Source: Nymphaea colorata (Eukaryota). Taken from it: a stretch of DNA of 64,000 bases. A model generated the notes under the pieces. The model was not told the origin of the DNA. It saw only the letters and a list, made by a program, of their open reading frames with translations, and ran no database searches. The stretch lies in contig NC_045138.2 of the NCBI RefSeq assembly GCF_008831285.2, positions 6,572,001 to 6,636,000 of the forward strand. The letters are read 5' to 3'. The stretch's first letter is position 1, and every line of letters starts with the position of its first letter. The position numbers were made by a program, and so were the translations under genes. This document shows positions 22,141 through 35,179 of the stretch, piece by piece.

Positions 22141-22270
22141 CCCTTTGCAAGAGTTGTGAACTTGAATACTAGTGAAATCATGGCTTCCTAAAGATGAAAA
22201 AAAGTTTATACTAAGGTTCCTCCTCATAAAGTTGAGATAGCAGACTACTGGAGTGGTGGTTGCATCGATC

Positions 22271-24350
22271 ATAACCAACGCTTTCTTCCATCAATTTCTT
22301 GGGTTGCCCATTCAGGTACGTCCCCAGTTTCCAACCATCGAAAAGTGCTTTGCAATATCAAGATTGAAAAGAGATTGTTGTTTGTTAAATGAAGTATTCA
22401 CAAGAGAGGAATTATATTCCCTTCTTGTCTAACACACTTTACAAGGCAAGCCTGGATTTATATATCACTATGTAATCACCGCAACTTTTTCAAAAAACTA
22501 TTCAGACACTTTTTCAAATATTTTATGCTGAATTCACAACCAATATGAAAGATTTTTAGACTCAAACACTTCAACTTCCCATAATTTTGATAAACTTGTC
22601 ATTCAATTTGATGGTCAACTCTATTTAGGATTCACTTGGATTTAATTCCAGACTTTCCACCAAAGCCAATCCCCAATATAAACTTATTACATAATTCATA
22701 TCCAAATTCAGATATAGATCCAGTCCAAAAACTCATATAGCCACCAATAACAAAGCCCTATATCTACATCTAGATCCAAATCCCAGCTGTAGCATCAAAG
22801 CAGATCCCTAGATAAGGTTTCATATCCAAAATCTAGCTTTAGGATCCAAGGCAAAGCCATAGATCCAAAATAGTGCCCAGGTCCAAATCAGACATTCATA
22901 TCCAAACTTAGATCCAAAATAGAATTTCAGATCCGAATCAAGATCCAAATCTAACTTCAAACCCAATCCAATTATGAGGCTTGGCTGCAATTTAGAGCTG
23001 ATCTGGATCTAAGACCCAAAATCTATCCATGTTATTGTTTGGATCCTAATCCTCGCTTTGTATCCAAAATTAAATCCAATTCCATATTTTTTACTCAACC
23101 CAGATCCAAAGATGTGATTAACATCCAAATCTGCAATTCCAGATCCGAATCAGAGACTCAAATCCAAAACTATGATTCTAGATCAATTCATAGATTTTGA
23201 TCCAGATTCAGTTCTAATCTGCACTTTAGGTGCATTTCTAGATTCATATCCATTGCTTGTTTCCATTTCCAACTCAAAAATTCTAATGTCGACCTGGCTT
23301 AGTATTTTGATCTAGTTCATATCCAAATCCAAGTCACAGACCCTTTTCAGGCCCAAGGATTGAGACATGGTCATTTCCAAACCATTAAATTTCAGTTCAA
23401 AATCCTCGAAAATGCCCTTAAATGTTCCCAAGATATCGTTGAATTTCCCAAATGCACTTGATTTTGTCAAAATATCTTTTATTTTTCCCAAAAACTTCAT
23501 TTTTTTGATAAAAAATCCCAAAATGCCCTTTTTTTTTTCCTCTCTGAACAAGGCCGAGAGCTAACACAGCAGGACCTAACATCATCACAAGAGCAAAGCC
23601 CGCTTTTTAAGTGCTTTGTACATCACAAGCAATATGGTGATGTATGCCTACTTGATTGGCTAGGTAGGTTTTTGGGCCTTGTGTGCATTTCTTTGCTATT
23701 TAAGATAATGGGCTTGGCCCATCTATTCCAGTTCAGTAGCCGATGGGTGACTGGGAAATTATAATTTTTGCCTATCTGCTTTTTGTTGGAACTCCAACTA
23801 TTTCCTGGCCACCCTGAATGAGCGAAAGATTCACTCCTATCACCACGAGCGAGGCCCAAAGATTCATCCCTATCACCTGCAGCTTACGTTGATGTTGGTG
23901 GTGTCAATTTAGTGAAAGAGGGAGAATGAATTCAACATCTGCTGTTGGTGGTTTCATTATGGATTTTTCATATTTTTGTTTGTATCAAATATTTATAAAG
24001 ATTATTATGAAACAAAGATTGTATCAATGTTTATGTTTGAAATTCAAATTTGTAGTTGATATATATCTTGCACCCACAATGGCCATGGTCATTTCTATGC
24101 ATAATGCAAACTGCTTCATTTAACAGCCACGTTGTTAATTGTGACTGGTAAGAATGTTTGATATGCCACGGTCTTTACCTTGCCCGAAAGCCAATAGCCA
24201 CCAAGGCTACAACCACAGCTCCCTTATCTAGTGGGCTGGGGAAACAGGCTGGCTGAAAAGGCATTCAGCCATAGTTTTCAGGCCTATGCCTATAGTGCCT
24301 TTGAAGAAAGAGGGTTCTCCCTCGAAACTGGATTCTCTACACTCATTTAT
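22271..24350 (-). repeat. Segmental duplication module containing a GGATCT/AGATCC-rich tract; inverted copies at about 50625-51965 and about 60040-62435
   Basis: Colinear reverse-complement matches, e.g. GGCTTGCCTTGTAGAGTGTGTTAGACAAG and GAATTCATTCTCCCTCTTTCACTAAATTGACACCACC. Confidence 0.9.
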
Positions 24351-24939
24351 ATATTTAAAAAAGACATGAACTAAATTATGTTCACTGAAGACATGAAGCT
24401 GGATTAACTGAAGGCTTTTGAAATTTATTTTTGCTAAAACTTGCGGACACCATTTACTATTTTAATATTGATGAGAATTTGATCAGCCATTCAACAATAT
24501 TTTGATTGTTTGGTGCGAACCCTTATGTTGGTAGTTAAGAAGTGCATGTGTGTGCGGAGCCTTGAGTGCATGTACACTTCTTTCATTGTAGTATCCTTTT
24601 TTTCCTTTGAATATATATATATATATATATGTTAAGGTCGACTCATTTGTTAAACAAGTGGAGCTCGGGCTTAAATTAGAATTTGAGTTTGTAAATAAGT
24701 CGCATATATAATGAGTAACAGCAAGAACGGCCAGAATGCTCATGTTGCAGAAAATTTTTAGTGGTCCTGACCATGTTTAGTCCTAATGCAATGCTAGAGC
24801 GGATTTATTTTTGCCTTGTTATAATTCAAGAATATGCACGTTGATTCCATTTTCAAGCTGATATGAATTCAACCTGGTGCTTAGTTGTTGCATGATGTTA
24901 TAATTCCATTAGCTCAGACATCTCAACCTTCAAGTCAAC

Positions 24940-25298
24940 CTCCACCAAACCAGACACATACAGTGGTGACTAGGTCTATGAACGGCATTAAAGTACTTAA
25001 GGTCTACACCACTGCTATGCATCCATTACCTATTGACATGATCCAACAAAGCCTGGTCACCACATTGGCAAGATGCAATGGTCTAGAAATATAAAGCTCT
25101 CCTTACTAACCGAGCATGGACTCTTGTGTTTTGTGTCCACACAATCAAAATGTGGTTGGCTGCAAATGGCTTTTCAATATGAAGTGCAAGGCAAATGTAT
25201 CCCTTGAACATTACAAGGTTTGCCTTGTACCAAATGGATACACTCAAGAAGAGGATGCTACATCTAGACATTTAGTCTCATAGTGAAGCCCACAACCA
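24940..25298 (+). mobile_element. Ty1/copia reverse-transcriptase fragment
   Basis: Encodes HTVVTRS... and PHNQNVVGCKWLFNMKCKANVSLEHYK...KP (start of the RVT_2 domain). A deleted version lies at about 9555-9695. Confidence 0.75.
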
Positions 25299-25391
25299 TC
25301 TGGGAGAGAGAGGGAGAAATTTTTAGACAAATTGAATTGATAGAAGAAAAAATAGCAAAAGAGATAGAAAGAAAGATTTTAAGTGCAAAAT

Positions 25392-25429
<38 letters not shown>

Positions 25430-25579
25430 AAAGAGAGGGGAATCGCAAAGAAAGAGAGAGAGATTATTAAAAGAGTGGGAAAAAGAGATTTTGAGAGAGA
25501 AATCAAAGTGAGAGAGGGAGAACCAAACAAGGAAGGCACTCAGAGAAATTAAAAGATATGGATAAATAAAAAAGAAAGA

Positions 25580-26199
25580 GATAAAACTTGTGCTCGTTGC
25601 CTCCCTTATTGTCTCTTTTGTACCAATAAGGGGCAGATTTCACCTCCCTAGCCTTCAAGGCCTTTTTTCATATAAAATACATTAAAACATGAAAATCATT
25701 TTCTAAATGTGTATTTAAAAGGAGTAAAAATGATTTTCGTTACAAACGGGGCCAACTCCGTTTTAAATTATTTCGGACTCGTTTTATATCTGGATTGGGT
25801 TCAATTGGTCGCCGATGCATTTTGCTGAGTTCTTTAAGCTCAAAAACATTTTTTTGGGTGCGAGGATGAGACATAAAACAAAGGGAAGGTTTGTGAACGC
25901 GTGTGGTGCTCGATAGCATCAAATTTTGTCGTTTTGGTCTTAGTTTTGGATTTTGAGTTTCAAATTCTCGATTTAGATCTAAACTTGGCTTTTGCATCTA
26001 ATTTAGATCCGAGAGTTGGATTTTGGATTTGAATCTCACTTCTAAATTTGGGTTTTGAAATTGAACTTTGTATTTGGGTTCGGAGATGGGTCTAGAGATT
26101 CATTTTGGAACGAATAGTCGCGAACTCGAAAATAATTGAGAATTTCTTTTGGGTGAAAATAAAATACAGTTTTTTCAAAAAAAAAAAAAGGTGATAACA
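25580..26199 (-). mobile_element. Terminal fragment of the TGTTATCACC LTR-like family
   Basis: GGTGATAACA at 26190-26199 is the reverse complement of the terminus at 38102, 40569 and 57263. The interior matches 21720-22120. Confidence 0.55.
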
Positions 26200-29100
26200 G
26201 AGAGATAATAAAAGAGAGAAAAAAAAGATTTTAATTTAGAAATCGAAGAATGAGAGAGAGGGGGGTAAAGAGAGAGAATGATTAATAACGGAGAAAAAAA
26301 AGAGATTAATTAAAAGAGAGAAAGAAATTTTAAAAAAGGGATAAATTGAGGTGAGGGAGATAAAGATTAACAAGAGAGAGAGAGAGTTGGTGGTGCAAAA
26401 ATAGATTTTTGATATTCTATATCGTATCAAATATTATAAAGATAATTATGCAAAAAATATTGTACCAACTTTTATGTTTGAATTAATATATATATATATA
26501 TACAGCCACATTGGCCATGGTCATTTCTGTGGGTAATGCAAAAATATTCTGTGGTTGTGACATGTGACAGCCAAGGTGTTAATTGTGACTATGACAAATG
26601 ATTTGATACTCCTAAGAGCCACAGTGTTTACCTTGCCCTAAACCCAATAGCCACAAAGTCTATAACCACAGCTCCCTCATTTAGTGGGCAGGTGAAAGAG
26701 AGTGGCTGAAAATACGTAAGCCATGGTTTTCATGGCCTATTACCCAGGGTGTGGTTGTGGCTGATGGCATATTCTGTAGTTGTGCCTTTGAAAATCACCA
26801 CCGGTATAGGCCTGATACCCGTGCTAATACCAGGTAAAATTATCACTGGTGTACTTTTTTATTTTTTTTGTCCTAGTGAGGTTAACTTCCATGAAACTAT
26901 ATCAATTGCTTAGGTCTTTTAGCTTCTAGGGTCTATTTCTTAGTTCAAGATCCCTCTTATAGCAGCCCCCAAAAAAATGGCTCATTGTGCATTAGAAACA
27001 AAACAATGTATAGGAAATAGTTTTTAGAGTATGACAAGTAGATCTGATATGCTTCTTTCTCAGGAATCTATGGCACACAGGAACACATGCATTATCGTGT
27101 GTGTTGCACCAAGTAGATGTAGCTAGAGACGCAAATGTGAAAGTGAGTTATAGATCAAGTCATGACTGAGCCTGTCTAATTTGATGTAGCATAGTTAACC
27201 TTGGTAGGGTCAGCTAAAAGTTATTCCTGGATTCAACTAGCTCAAAAGATCTGACATGTAAGGCTGGTGTGTAAGTGTGTTGAATTGTTCTATGAATTTG
27301 CCCTAGTTTACAAGATAGATTCATGGGATAGTAACAGTTTGTTATGGTTGCCAAATGGTTACCATATGTACCTACACTTGAGTCTTTGCTCCACTGTTCT
27401 CCAATGTAAATTTACAAACAACTTAATGCTAAACCCTAGATTCAACTAAAGTCCTCCTTAGGAACAGAATGTAAGTACAATAATATTCATTTAATTTTAA
27501 CCATGTCAGTTTCATATTAATTTATTTATTTCATCAATGTTTCTTTGGTAATGCCAAGAAATCATAAAAAAGAGCCTAACTGATCAACGTTCACCAAAAT
27601 TTCCCGCACTAATATCGTTGTCAAATTGTTGTAAATGTACATATTAAAAAGCCATAAAAGGGTACCGTGTAGATGTGATCTCATGGTCCCTAAGTTACAA
27701 GAAAAAAATGTGACTTGTTTTCTAATTATACCTATAGATCTGATTCACAAATCAGACTTCAATGATTTTTTTTTTTATAGATTTCTGCAATCCGAACATA
27801 GCCATATGTAATTAGATGTCTAAAATATTTATTATCCTGGAAAATTTCCCTATAAAGTGAGAATAGTCCTTACAGGGGAAATAAACCTGAAAATGTGTAA
27901 TTAATAATGTTTGGTCTATCACAAAGAAAATGGCACTCTTGTCATCAGTTTGACTTTTATTGGTGTTCTATTAAAACTTCACAAGTGTCCTTTTTGCTTT
28001 AGTATGTATGGCATCCTGAAGAGGATAAAACTCCCCTCCTTTTCCTCTACCTCAGGGTCTATGTCTGTTTCGAAACCTGGATGGGAAGCAGTCAATATAC
28101 ACCTCAACTAGAATATAGTGTATTCACTCTTTGCAGTCCAGAAGAATAAAACCCATGAGAGTTGAACTAGTGACTGAACTTTCGCCAGCACATCAGTCCG
28201 TCCAGAGAAACTACATGTTAGACGATTAAGAGACCCTAGGGACTCTCCAAACCCTCAACAATTTGATTTACTTTCTCAGTTAGGACGTTCAGTAATAGCT
28301 ATCACATTGTATTCTCACCACCGCCGTAATTTATCCTATAACTGTGACATATACTTTATAAATTTTTGGTATTTGATTTTTTTTATTGTTTTTAGCCGTG
28401 AAAAACTAGTTAATGCTGGGACAACGTTAAAAGAAATAGTTTCTAAAAAAAAAAGAAAGAAAGACCACTATTGATTCCTCAATTGGGATTCTTGCAAGTC
28501 TGACTGCTTCGGTTCAGTTTTTATCATAAAATCCAAGTTCAGTGACATATTTAAGTTGTTGCAATAGGCTGATCATGCAAATGAGTTGAATTTCAACTTT
28601 ATACTGGCTTTGGTCCAATTGAATTTGGATTAAGATTTGGTGAGCAACCAAAAAAAAAAAAGAAAAAAGTTTCAAATTTATATCAGAATGGCTAAATCAG
28701 AAGTATGCATACTGTCAACTAAAATCAGATTACTGACCTTTTGCCATTGGATTCAGATTCAGTGCGCGCTCAACGCGCAGCATGCCTATTACTGGATAAA
28801 CTAATTAGACCTGCATCTCGTTGGACTACAATATTTCTATTCCAGCTATATATGAAAAGTGCCAATAACTAATATTTAGATTGGAAGTAATAGCCAAAAC
28901 CTGCAGGAGATTACAATTATATCCCTTTAGAAATTTTAAGAGGAAGAAGAAAATATGAGGCATCTGAAGCAGATTTGAGTTGTGTGTGCCGTTAGGTGCA
29001 TAAAACCCATGTACCCAATAAGATTAGGGAGACATTTTGGTAATTTTTTTTTTTAAATATCCTTTCTGGTCTTTTTACTTTTTTTCAATTTTCATTTTGA

Positions 29101-29885
29101 TGTTTACATAAGTTTTCTTTTCTATGTGAACTGCGGGTATTTTCATCATAACCATCCTAACGTACAAAAAATTTGTGCACCAATATAGACCAGGTTCACT
29201 AATAAAAGGTATGCTGAACTACACACTAGTATGACACATATAAGAATGCGGTTCATTTTATGAACTTTGTATTTTTGTCCTTGCTTAATGGAAAATTAAT
29301 TTAAAACGAAAGCTTTAAAAATGATATTATCGGTTATAATAATGATGATCACGTGCGACTACGGGCAACATATGTTTGGCACCGCGTTTGCTAGTTAGGA
29401 CTTGATTTACGAATTTTTTCATCTTCATTTTAATATCATTTGTCAGTGACATACAAGTTCAAGGAGACGTAAATGATTGGGGTTGGCGAATTTTCCGGAT
29501 TTATTTATCTGCAATTGTAGATCTTGCCAACCTGTAGAGAAAAACACGGTCAAAATTAAGCAACTAGAAACTTAAAAAATTGGCAAGTAGAAATAAAAAA
29601 AAAAAAACGCTTCCCCGAAGGTTCATGCATGCATCCAATGTAAAAGGAATCCGACAAACTTGATCAGAAAGGGTAAATCTCTAGAAGACTAAACAAAGAA
29701 GATTGGGGTTGAGAGACTTTTCGGGATTTATTTAGCACCCATCATGGACCTTGCCAGCCCTTAGAGCACATGTCCAAAAATTAAGTGGTGGGCAGGCTGA
29801 TGGGTTTATTCTATTTTATAAAATCAGCAACTATAACGTAAAGAAAGAGGAAGAACTAGGTGAATAAATAAAGGGGAAGACCTTA

Positions 29886-29932
<47 letters not shown>

Positions 29933-31265
29933 TGATGGGATTTGGTAACCTTATCTTTATACAGTCCCGTTTTTTGAAATCACAACATGTGAAACTAGAG
30001 CAGGGAAAAGAGATGGTCCAATATTAGCTTTCGCCTCCAATATATATTTTTTAAAATTGTCTGCGAACCTAAACGTCTAGGTGACGTAGAAGATTGGGGT
30101 TGGGGATTTTTCCTGATTTGTTTGATCAGCAATTATGGATCTTGCCAACCTGTAGAGAACATGAGCGCACCATGCTCCAAATAATATTCTAATATATTGG
30201 AAGCTGGGCTACAAGTGGCATGTTTCCAGTTCCTGGCTTCATTTTTCAACGTCAACTGCTCCCAAGAGCCAGCAAATTCGCAAGCTCATCTGCGTTGGAA
30301 TTCATCAAACTTAGTCTATCAATAAATGGAAGTAGTTGTCAAGATATAATGGCTTTAGACATATTTTGATCTCAATTATTAGCTTGGTTCACCTAACAAA
30401 TTATTTTTAAGGTAATATCTAAATGGTTAGACTGTTAAAAAAATGTTGAACATTGCATTTAGACATACGTAATTGTTCCTTTGCTAATGTTATACTTATT
30501 TCTCTCTCTCATATATATATATATATATATGACGTTGTGCCCAACTTAACATTATGAGAAAGGTTGGATCTGGCTAATGGATTCAATATGTAGATTTGCA
30601 ATGAGTCCGAATTTGACTGTTAAATGCAGCAATTTGTTTGTAGCTAATGAAATCAGATAAACAGAAGATTAACATGAAATGTCACCAATCTGATAACAGG
30701 AACTCTAAGAGACTTAGAAGGCTTGTGTTAGGGATCTTTCCACCAGATTTATTTAGCAGCAACTAAATATAACTAATTTAATTTCTTCTTTAGCTCTACT
30801 TAATAAAAACATGTATGATTGAATATTTTTGTTATGTGCTCCAGTATTATAAGCATGTTTCACCTGATTGAAGAGAAAAACAGGTCACACTATATGGCTA
30901 ATGGGTAAATTCATGTGAATGGTATAAACATCTAGAATTGGAGAAAAAAGAAGCAGCAATTTGAATGAAGCTAGTCCGGATGGGAGAAAGAGCCGCCTAT
31001 GGAATTGATGAAAGAACGTGGATACCAAGGGCTGGATATATTTTTATATTAAACCCACTTGCTGTCATGTAACATAAATTAAAAGGAGAAGAGAGAGCTG
31101 TCGCATCTACTCTCTACCACCGGCAAGCCAACCATGTGGTGGTGGAGGTAGTTGTCAACGGTAATTCTGACAGCATGGTCTTTATATGTTGGCTATTTGC
31201 CTTTCTTCCCACACTTGAAAATTGCTTCTCTTCCTCTTGCTCCATTTATTGAGAAACCAGCAAAG

Positions 31266-34200
31266 ATGGTAATGGTGATCGACACACTTGCAGAAACAGC
31301 TATTTCTAACCTGTTGGGGGCTGTAACCAGTTTGTTGAAAGAGAAGGTGGACCTCATACGGAATGCCAAAGACGATCTCAGAAAGCTCAATAGGAAGCTG
31401 GAACGGTTGCAGAAGGACCTCAAAGCCACGGATTGCAAGCCGTTTTTCAGCACTGAGCGTGACAGAGATCTAGAGATAGAGCTGAAGGACATTTTCTACG
31501 ATGCACAGGACATCATCGAAGAATACCAAAACATAGTTTATCTCAGCAAAAGGGAGAAGGATTCTATGACTTCATTGAACAAGGTAAGAAAGCCCTGGAT
31601 CACTCTGTGCTCTTGCTTTAAAGAACATGTATCTGCTTCTTACCAACTAGGCAATGAAATTAAAAAGATAAACCAAAGGCTTGATGAAATAGAAAACGAT
31701 AGTAAAATGGTGGATTTGCTCAATACAACACCAAAAGAGAGTGGTGGTGGGGGTCCTATTGGTGATGAACATAACAATCCTCCAGAGACAACCCATCACA
31801 TAAGTACTGCACAACCACCCATAGGCAGGGCAAACGATAAGGAGAAAGTAAAAGAACTATTGTTTGATGGCTCTACGGAGAATAGTGTGTTAGGAAGACG
31901 TGGTGTTTCTATTGTATCCATTGTAGGTCAAGGTGGGATTGGGAAAAGTACTCTTGCAAAAATGGTTTTTAAGGAAGCCGAAGAACAGTTCGGGAAACAC
32001 AGATGGTGGGTTTGTGTTTCAGATAAGCCAAACCGTACAGGTTTGCTGCAAAAGATACTAAAGGAAGTATGCAAGGAATCAGAAAGAGAACTTGAGGGTA
32101 TCACTTCCTTGAGTGACTTGTGCACACAATTACAGAGTGAGCTCTCGAAGAGCAGGTTTTTGTTGGTCTTAGATGATGTGTGGGAATTAGGTTGGTGGAC
32201 GGGAGAGATAGAGAACACCCTGATGGGAGGTGCAAAGGCGAGCAAGATTTTGATCACCAGTAGAAATGTTGAAGTATCCCAAGGGATTGGTGCTAAAATG
32301 CATAAATTACCAGAAATGACTTTCGAGGAAAGTTGGAGGTTATTTCTGGATGTGGCATTGAAAGAAGAAAGTGAGTTGGTGAGTCACAATTTGAAAGGTA
32401 TTGGGGAGAGGATCGTGGCCAAGTGTGGTGGGTTGCCGCTTGTAATCCAAACGGTAGGGTCCTTAATGCGTACAAAAAGGATGACCAAAGCTGTCTGGGA
32501 AAGCATTGAGAAGAGTGAGATCTGGGAATGGAAGATGCCTGCCTCATCACCATCTTCTGAAATATATGGTAGCATTCTTCCTGGTCTCATGCTGAGCTAT
32601 GATGGCTTGTCACATGATTTGAAGAGTTGTTTCACGTATTGCTGCATTTATCCAAAGGATTATGAGATTGAAAAGGGGAGTTTGGTAAAACAATGGGTGG
32701 CAAATGGATTGATTGTCCAAAAGAAAGGCATTGATGTGGAAGAGACGGCAAATAAATATATTGATGATTTGATAAATCGGTGTTTGTTTGAAGAAACTGA
32801 ATATAAGGAAATCAAACTGCATGACATTTTGCATGACCTTGCCTCGTATATAGGTGGAAAGGAATATACCCATGCCTTTGCTACTGGGCACACCCGCCAT
32901 CTATCACTACTTGGTGTATATGATGCAGAAGCGGCCATGAACTATAATGCCTTAGGAGCAGCAAATAAGGTGCGGACATTGTTGACTGAATACTTGTCAT
33001 TGTTGGAATTAACCAATTTCAAGTGGTTGAGGATGTTGTCGTTGATTAGTTGTCAGATGGATGAGCTACCAAACTCCATTGGATGCCTTTCACTTCTAAA
33101 ATGTCTCGATCTATTCCGGTCTCAAGTGAGACGATTGCCCAAGTCAATTGGCAAACTCTGTAACTTGCAAACATTGGATTTAAGTTTTAGTCAAATTGAA
33201 GAGTTGCCTGAGGAAATGGGTGAACTATGCAACTTGAGGTATCTTGGGCTGAAAGGAACAGCGTGTTTGGAATTCATAGCTGAAGGCTTGGGGAAGCTTA
33301 CCAATTTACGGACCTTGCATAAGTTTCTGGTATGCGATGACAAAGGGGACACAAGAGGATGCAGTATTGGGGAACTAAAAGACTTGAAGAAACTGAGAGG
33401 GGAATTGTTAATAGAAGGTTTGGGTGGGGAAAGGGTGAAAGTAATTGATGCAAAGAAAGCACAGCTTAAGGAGAAGCATGAGCTAAATGATGTGGAATTA
33501 AAGTTCAAGGTGGGAGAGGATGACAAAGTGGATAGTGCTTCTGAACACAAGAATTTGCTAGAGGCTTTGGAACCTCCACATGGCATAGAGAGGTTGGGAA
33601 TTTATGATTATGAAGGAGATAGGCCTGCGTGGTTTTTGGACACCACCAACTATGTGGAGCTGCAGACACTACGCCTAGAACGTTGCCCATTGTTGGCAAC
33701 GGTGGTAGGAATTCAATCATTGGAAAAATTGGAGGTCAGGGCCTGCCCGACATTGTGTGAATTGCCAAGCATGCCTTTTCTAAAGTCATTGGAGGTAAAC
33801 GGATGTAATGGGCTGAAGACCCTCGCTAATATGCCGGCCTTGCAGTCGTTGGAGGTGGATAAATGTGGCAGCCTAGAGGAAATAGCTGAGATGCCTGCAC
33901 TCAGATCACTGTGGGTGTATGGATGTAATATGCTGAAGACTCTGGCTAATATGCCGGCCTTGGAGTCATCGGAGGTGAGAGAATGTGGCAGCCTAGAGGA
34001 AGTAGCTGAGATGCCTACTTTGGAGTCGTTGTTCGTGATAGATTGTGGCAGCCTAGAGCATGTAGCTGAGATGCCTGCACTCAGGTCATTGACTGTGTTC
34101 GGATGTAATATGCTGAAGACTCTTGCTAACATGCCGTCCTTGGAGTCGTTGGAGGTGGATGAAGGTGGCAGCCTAGAGGAAATAGCTGAGATGCCTGCTC

Positions 34201-35024
34201 TCAAGTCGTTGAGGTTGTGCGGATGTAATGGGCTGGAGACTCTTGCTAACATGCCTGCCTCCTTGGAGTTGCTGGATGTGAGAGATTGTAACGCTCTGAA
34301 GCAGCTCCCTACTCACCTTCCTTCACTTGAGGAACTGAGAGTATGGAATGTGGCTAACTGGGAGGGGTGGCCAGCAGCTGGATCAGGAGAAACAACATTT
34401 ACATCTATGCCATGCCTAAGAGAGGCGGATTTTACTAATTGTCCCAAGATGCAGACAGAAGGCTTGATTGATGAGCTGGCAGGGCTTGATGGTCAAGCGA
34501 CTCAACTCCAAGAGCTGACAGTGTGTGATTGCCCAAATGCAAGATTGGGATGGAAATTGCTTCAACAACTGCCTAACCTCATTAAGTTAACGTTGAATTC
34601 AGAATCAGCAGTACTGCCATCGGAGGTATCAACAATTTTACCCTCCCTCAAGGCTCTACATTTGAAGGACAACAATACTGGTGAGCTGAAATGGGGAAAG
34701 GTGCCTGACTGGGTGTGGGCTCTCTCCCAACTGGAGGAATTGTGCCTAGGATGTTTCACTGAGGACATCAGCTTGGGAGGCCACTGGCAATGCCTCCTGA
34801 AACTAAGAAACCTAGAGCTTTATGACTTCCCCAATCTCAAATCTCTTGTGGACGTCAATAATATTACTCCCCAACAAAAAGAAACATGTCCCACCTATGC
34901 AAAGCAACGGATTGCCTGCCTCTCGAAGCTTCAAAAGTTGTTTATTTCCAGATGCCCCGCACTCGATCTGCCTCAGGAGTTGAGAGACCATCTTGGAGAA
35001 AGGTTAATAGAAAGAGATGATTAG
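31266..35024 (+). CDS. CC-NB-ARC-LRR disease-resistance protein (NLR2), 1252 aa, intact and intronless
   Basis: Motifs seen: YDAQDIIEEY, P-loop GQGGIGKST, LLVLDDVW, SKILITSR, CGGLPL, CFTYCCIYPKD and LHD, followed by LRRs. The ORF is uninterrupted, and ATG 31266 aligns with the NLR1 start. Confidence 0.95.
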   Translation: MVMVIDTLAETAISNLLGAVTSLLKEKVDLIRNAKDDLRKLNRKLERLQKDLKATDCKPFFSTERDRDLEIELKDIFYDAQDIIEEYQNIVYLSKREKDSMTSLNKVRKPWITLCSCFKEHVSASYQLGNEIKKINQRLDEIENDSKMVDLLNTTPKESGGGGPIGDEHNNPPETTHHISTAQPPIGRANDKEKVKELLFDGSTENSVLGRRGVSIVSIVGQGGIGKSTLAKMVFKEAEEQFGKHRWWVCVSDKPNRTGLLQKILKEVCKESERELEGITSLSDLCTQLQSELSKSRFLLVLDDVWELGWWTGEIENTLMGGAKASKILITSRNVEVSQGIGAKMHKLPEMTFEESWRLFLDVALKEESELVSHNLKGIGERIVAKCGGLPLVIQTVGSLMRTKRMTKAVWESIEKSEIWEWKMPASSPSSEIYGSILPGLMLSYDGLSHDLKSCFTYCCIYPKDYEIEKGSLVKQWVANGLIVQKKGIDVEETANKYIDDLINRCLFEETEYKEIKLHDILHDLASYIGGKEYTHAFATGHTRHLSLLGVYDAEAAMNYNALGAANKVRTLLTEYLSLLELTNFKWLRMLSLISCQMDELPNSIGCLSLLKCLDLFRSQVRRLPKSIGKLCNLQTLDLSFSQIEELPEEMGELCNLRYLGLKGTACLEFIAEGLGKLTNLRTLHKFLVCDDKGDTRGCSIGELKDLKKLRGELLIEGLGGERVKVIDAKKAQLKEKHELNDVELKFKVGEDDKVDSASEHKNLLEALEPPHGIERLGIYDYEGDRPAWFLDTTNYVELQTLRLERCPLLATVVGIQSLEKLEVRACPTLCELPSMPFLKSLEVNGCNGLKTLANMPALQSLEVDKCGSLEEIAEMPALRSLWVYGCNMLKTLANMPALESSEVRECGSLEEVAEMPTLESLFVIDCGSLEHVAEMPALRSLTVFGCNMLKTLANMPSLESLEVDEGGSLEEIAEMPALKSLRLCGCNGLETLANMPASLELLDVRDCNALKQLPTHLPSLEELRVWNVANWEGWPAAGSGETTFTSMPCLREADFTNCPKMQTEGLIDELAGLDGQATQLQELTVCDCPNARLGWKLLQQLPNLIKLTLNSESAVLPSEVSTILPSLKALHLKDNNTGELKWGKVPDWVWALSQLEELCLGCFTEDISLGGHWQCLLKLRNLELYDFPNLKSLVDVNNITPQQKETCPTYAKQRIACLSKLQKLFISRCPALDLPQELRDHLGERLIERDD
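33777..34256 (+). repeat. 60-bp coding tandem array, 8 LRR units of 20 aa (NLR2)
   Basis: Same A (LKTLANMP) and B (SLEExAEMP) units as NLR1, in the order A B A B B A B A. Confidence 0.95.
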
Positions 35025-35179
35025 TGTTGCTATATGATGTTACTGAACCTTTTCTCTTCATTCTGAATTGTCTGAAATGTGTGTGGTTTATAAAATTGGT
35101 GTTGTTTTGGTTAAGTATTCATCTTTTTGCATTTCGTCATCTCTTCTCTCTCTCTCCCTTATCTATACCACTCAAGGGG

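Noticed and set aside
26900..29400. Possible spliced host gene in the apparently unique stretch
   Set aside because: No convincing ORF, domain or exon chain was seen by eye; RNA-seq would be needed.
34330..34560. Possible integrated decoy domain in NLR2 (WEGWPAAGSGETTFTSMPCL...)
   Set aside because: It fits ordinary irregular C-terminal NLR LRRs (the WEEW...MPCL-type motif); no foreign domain was recognised.
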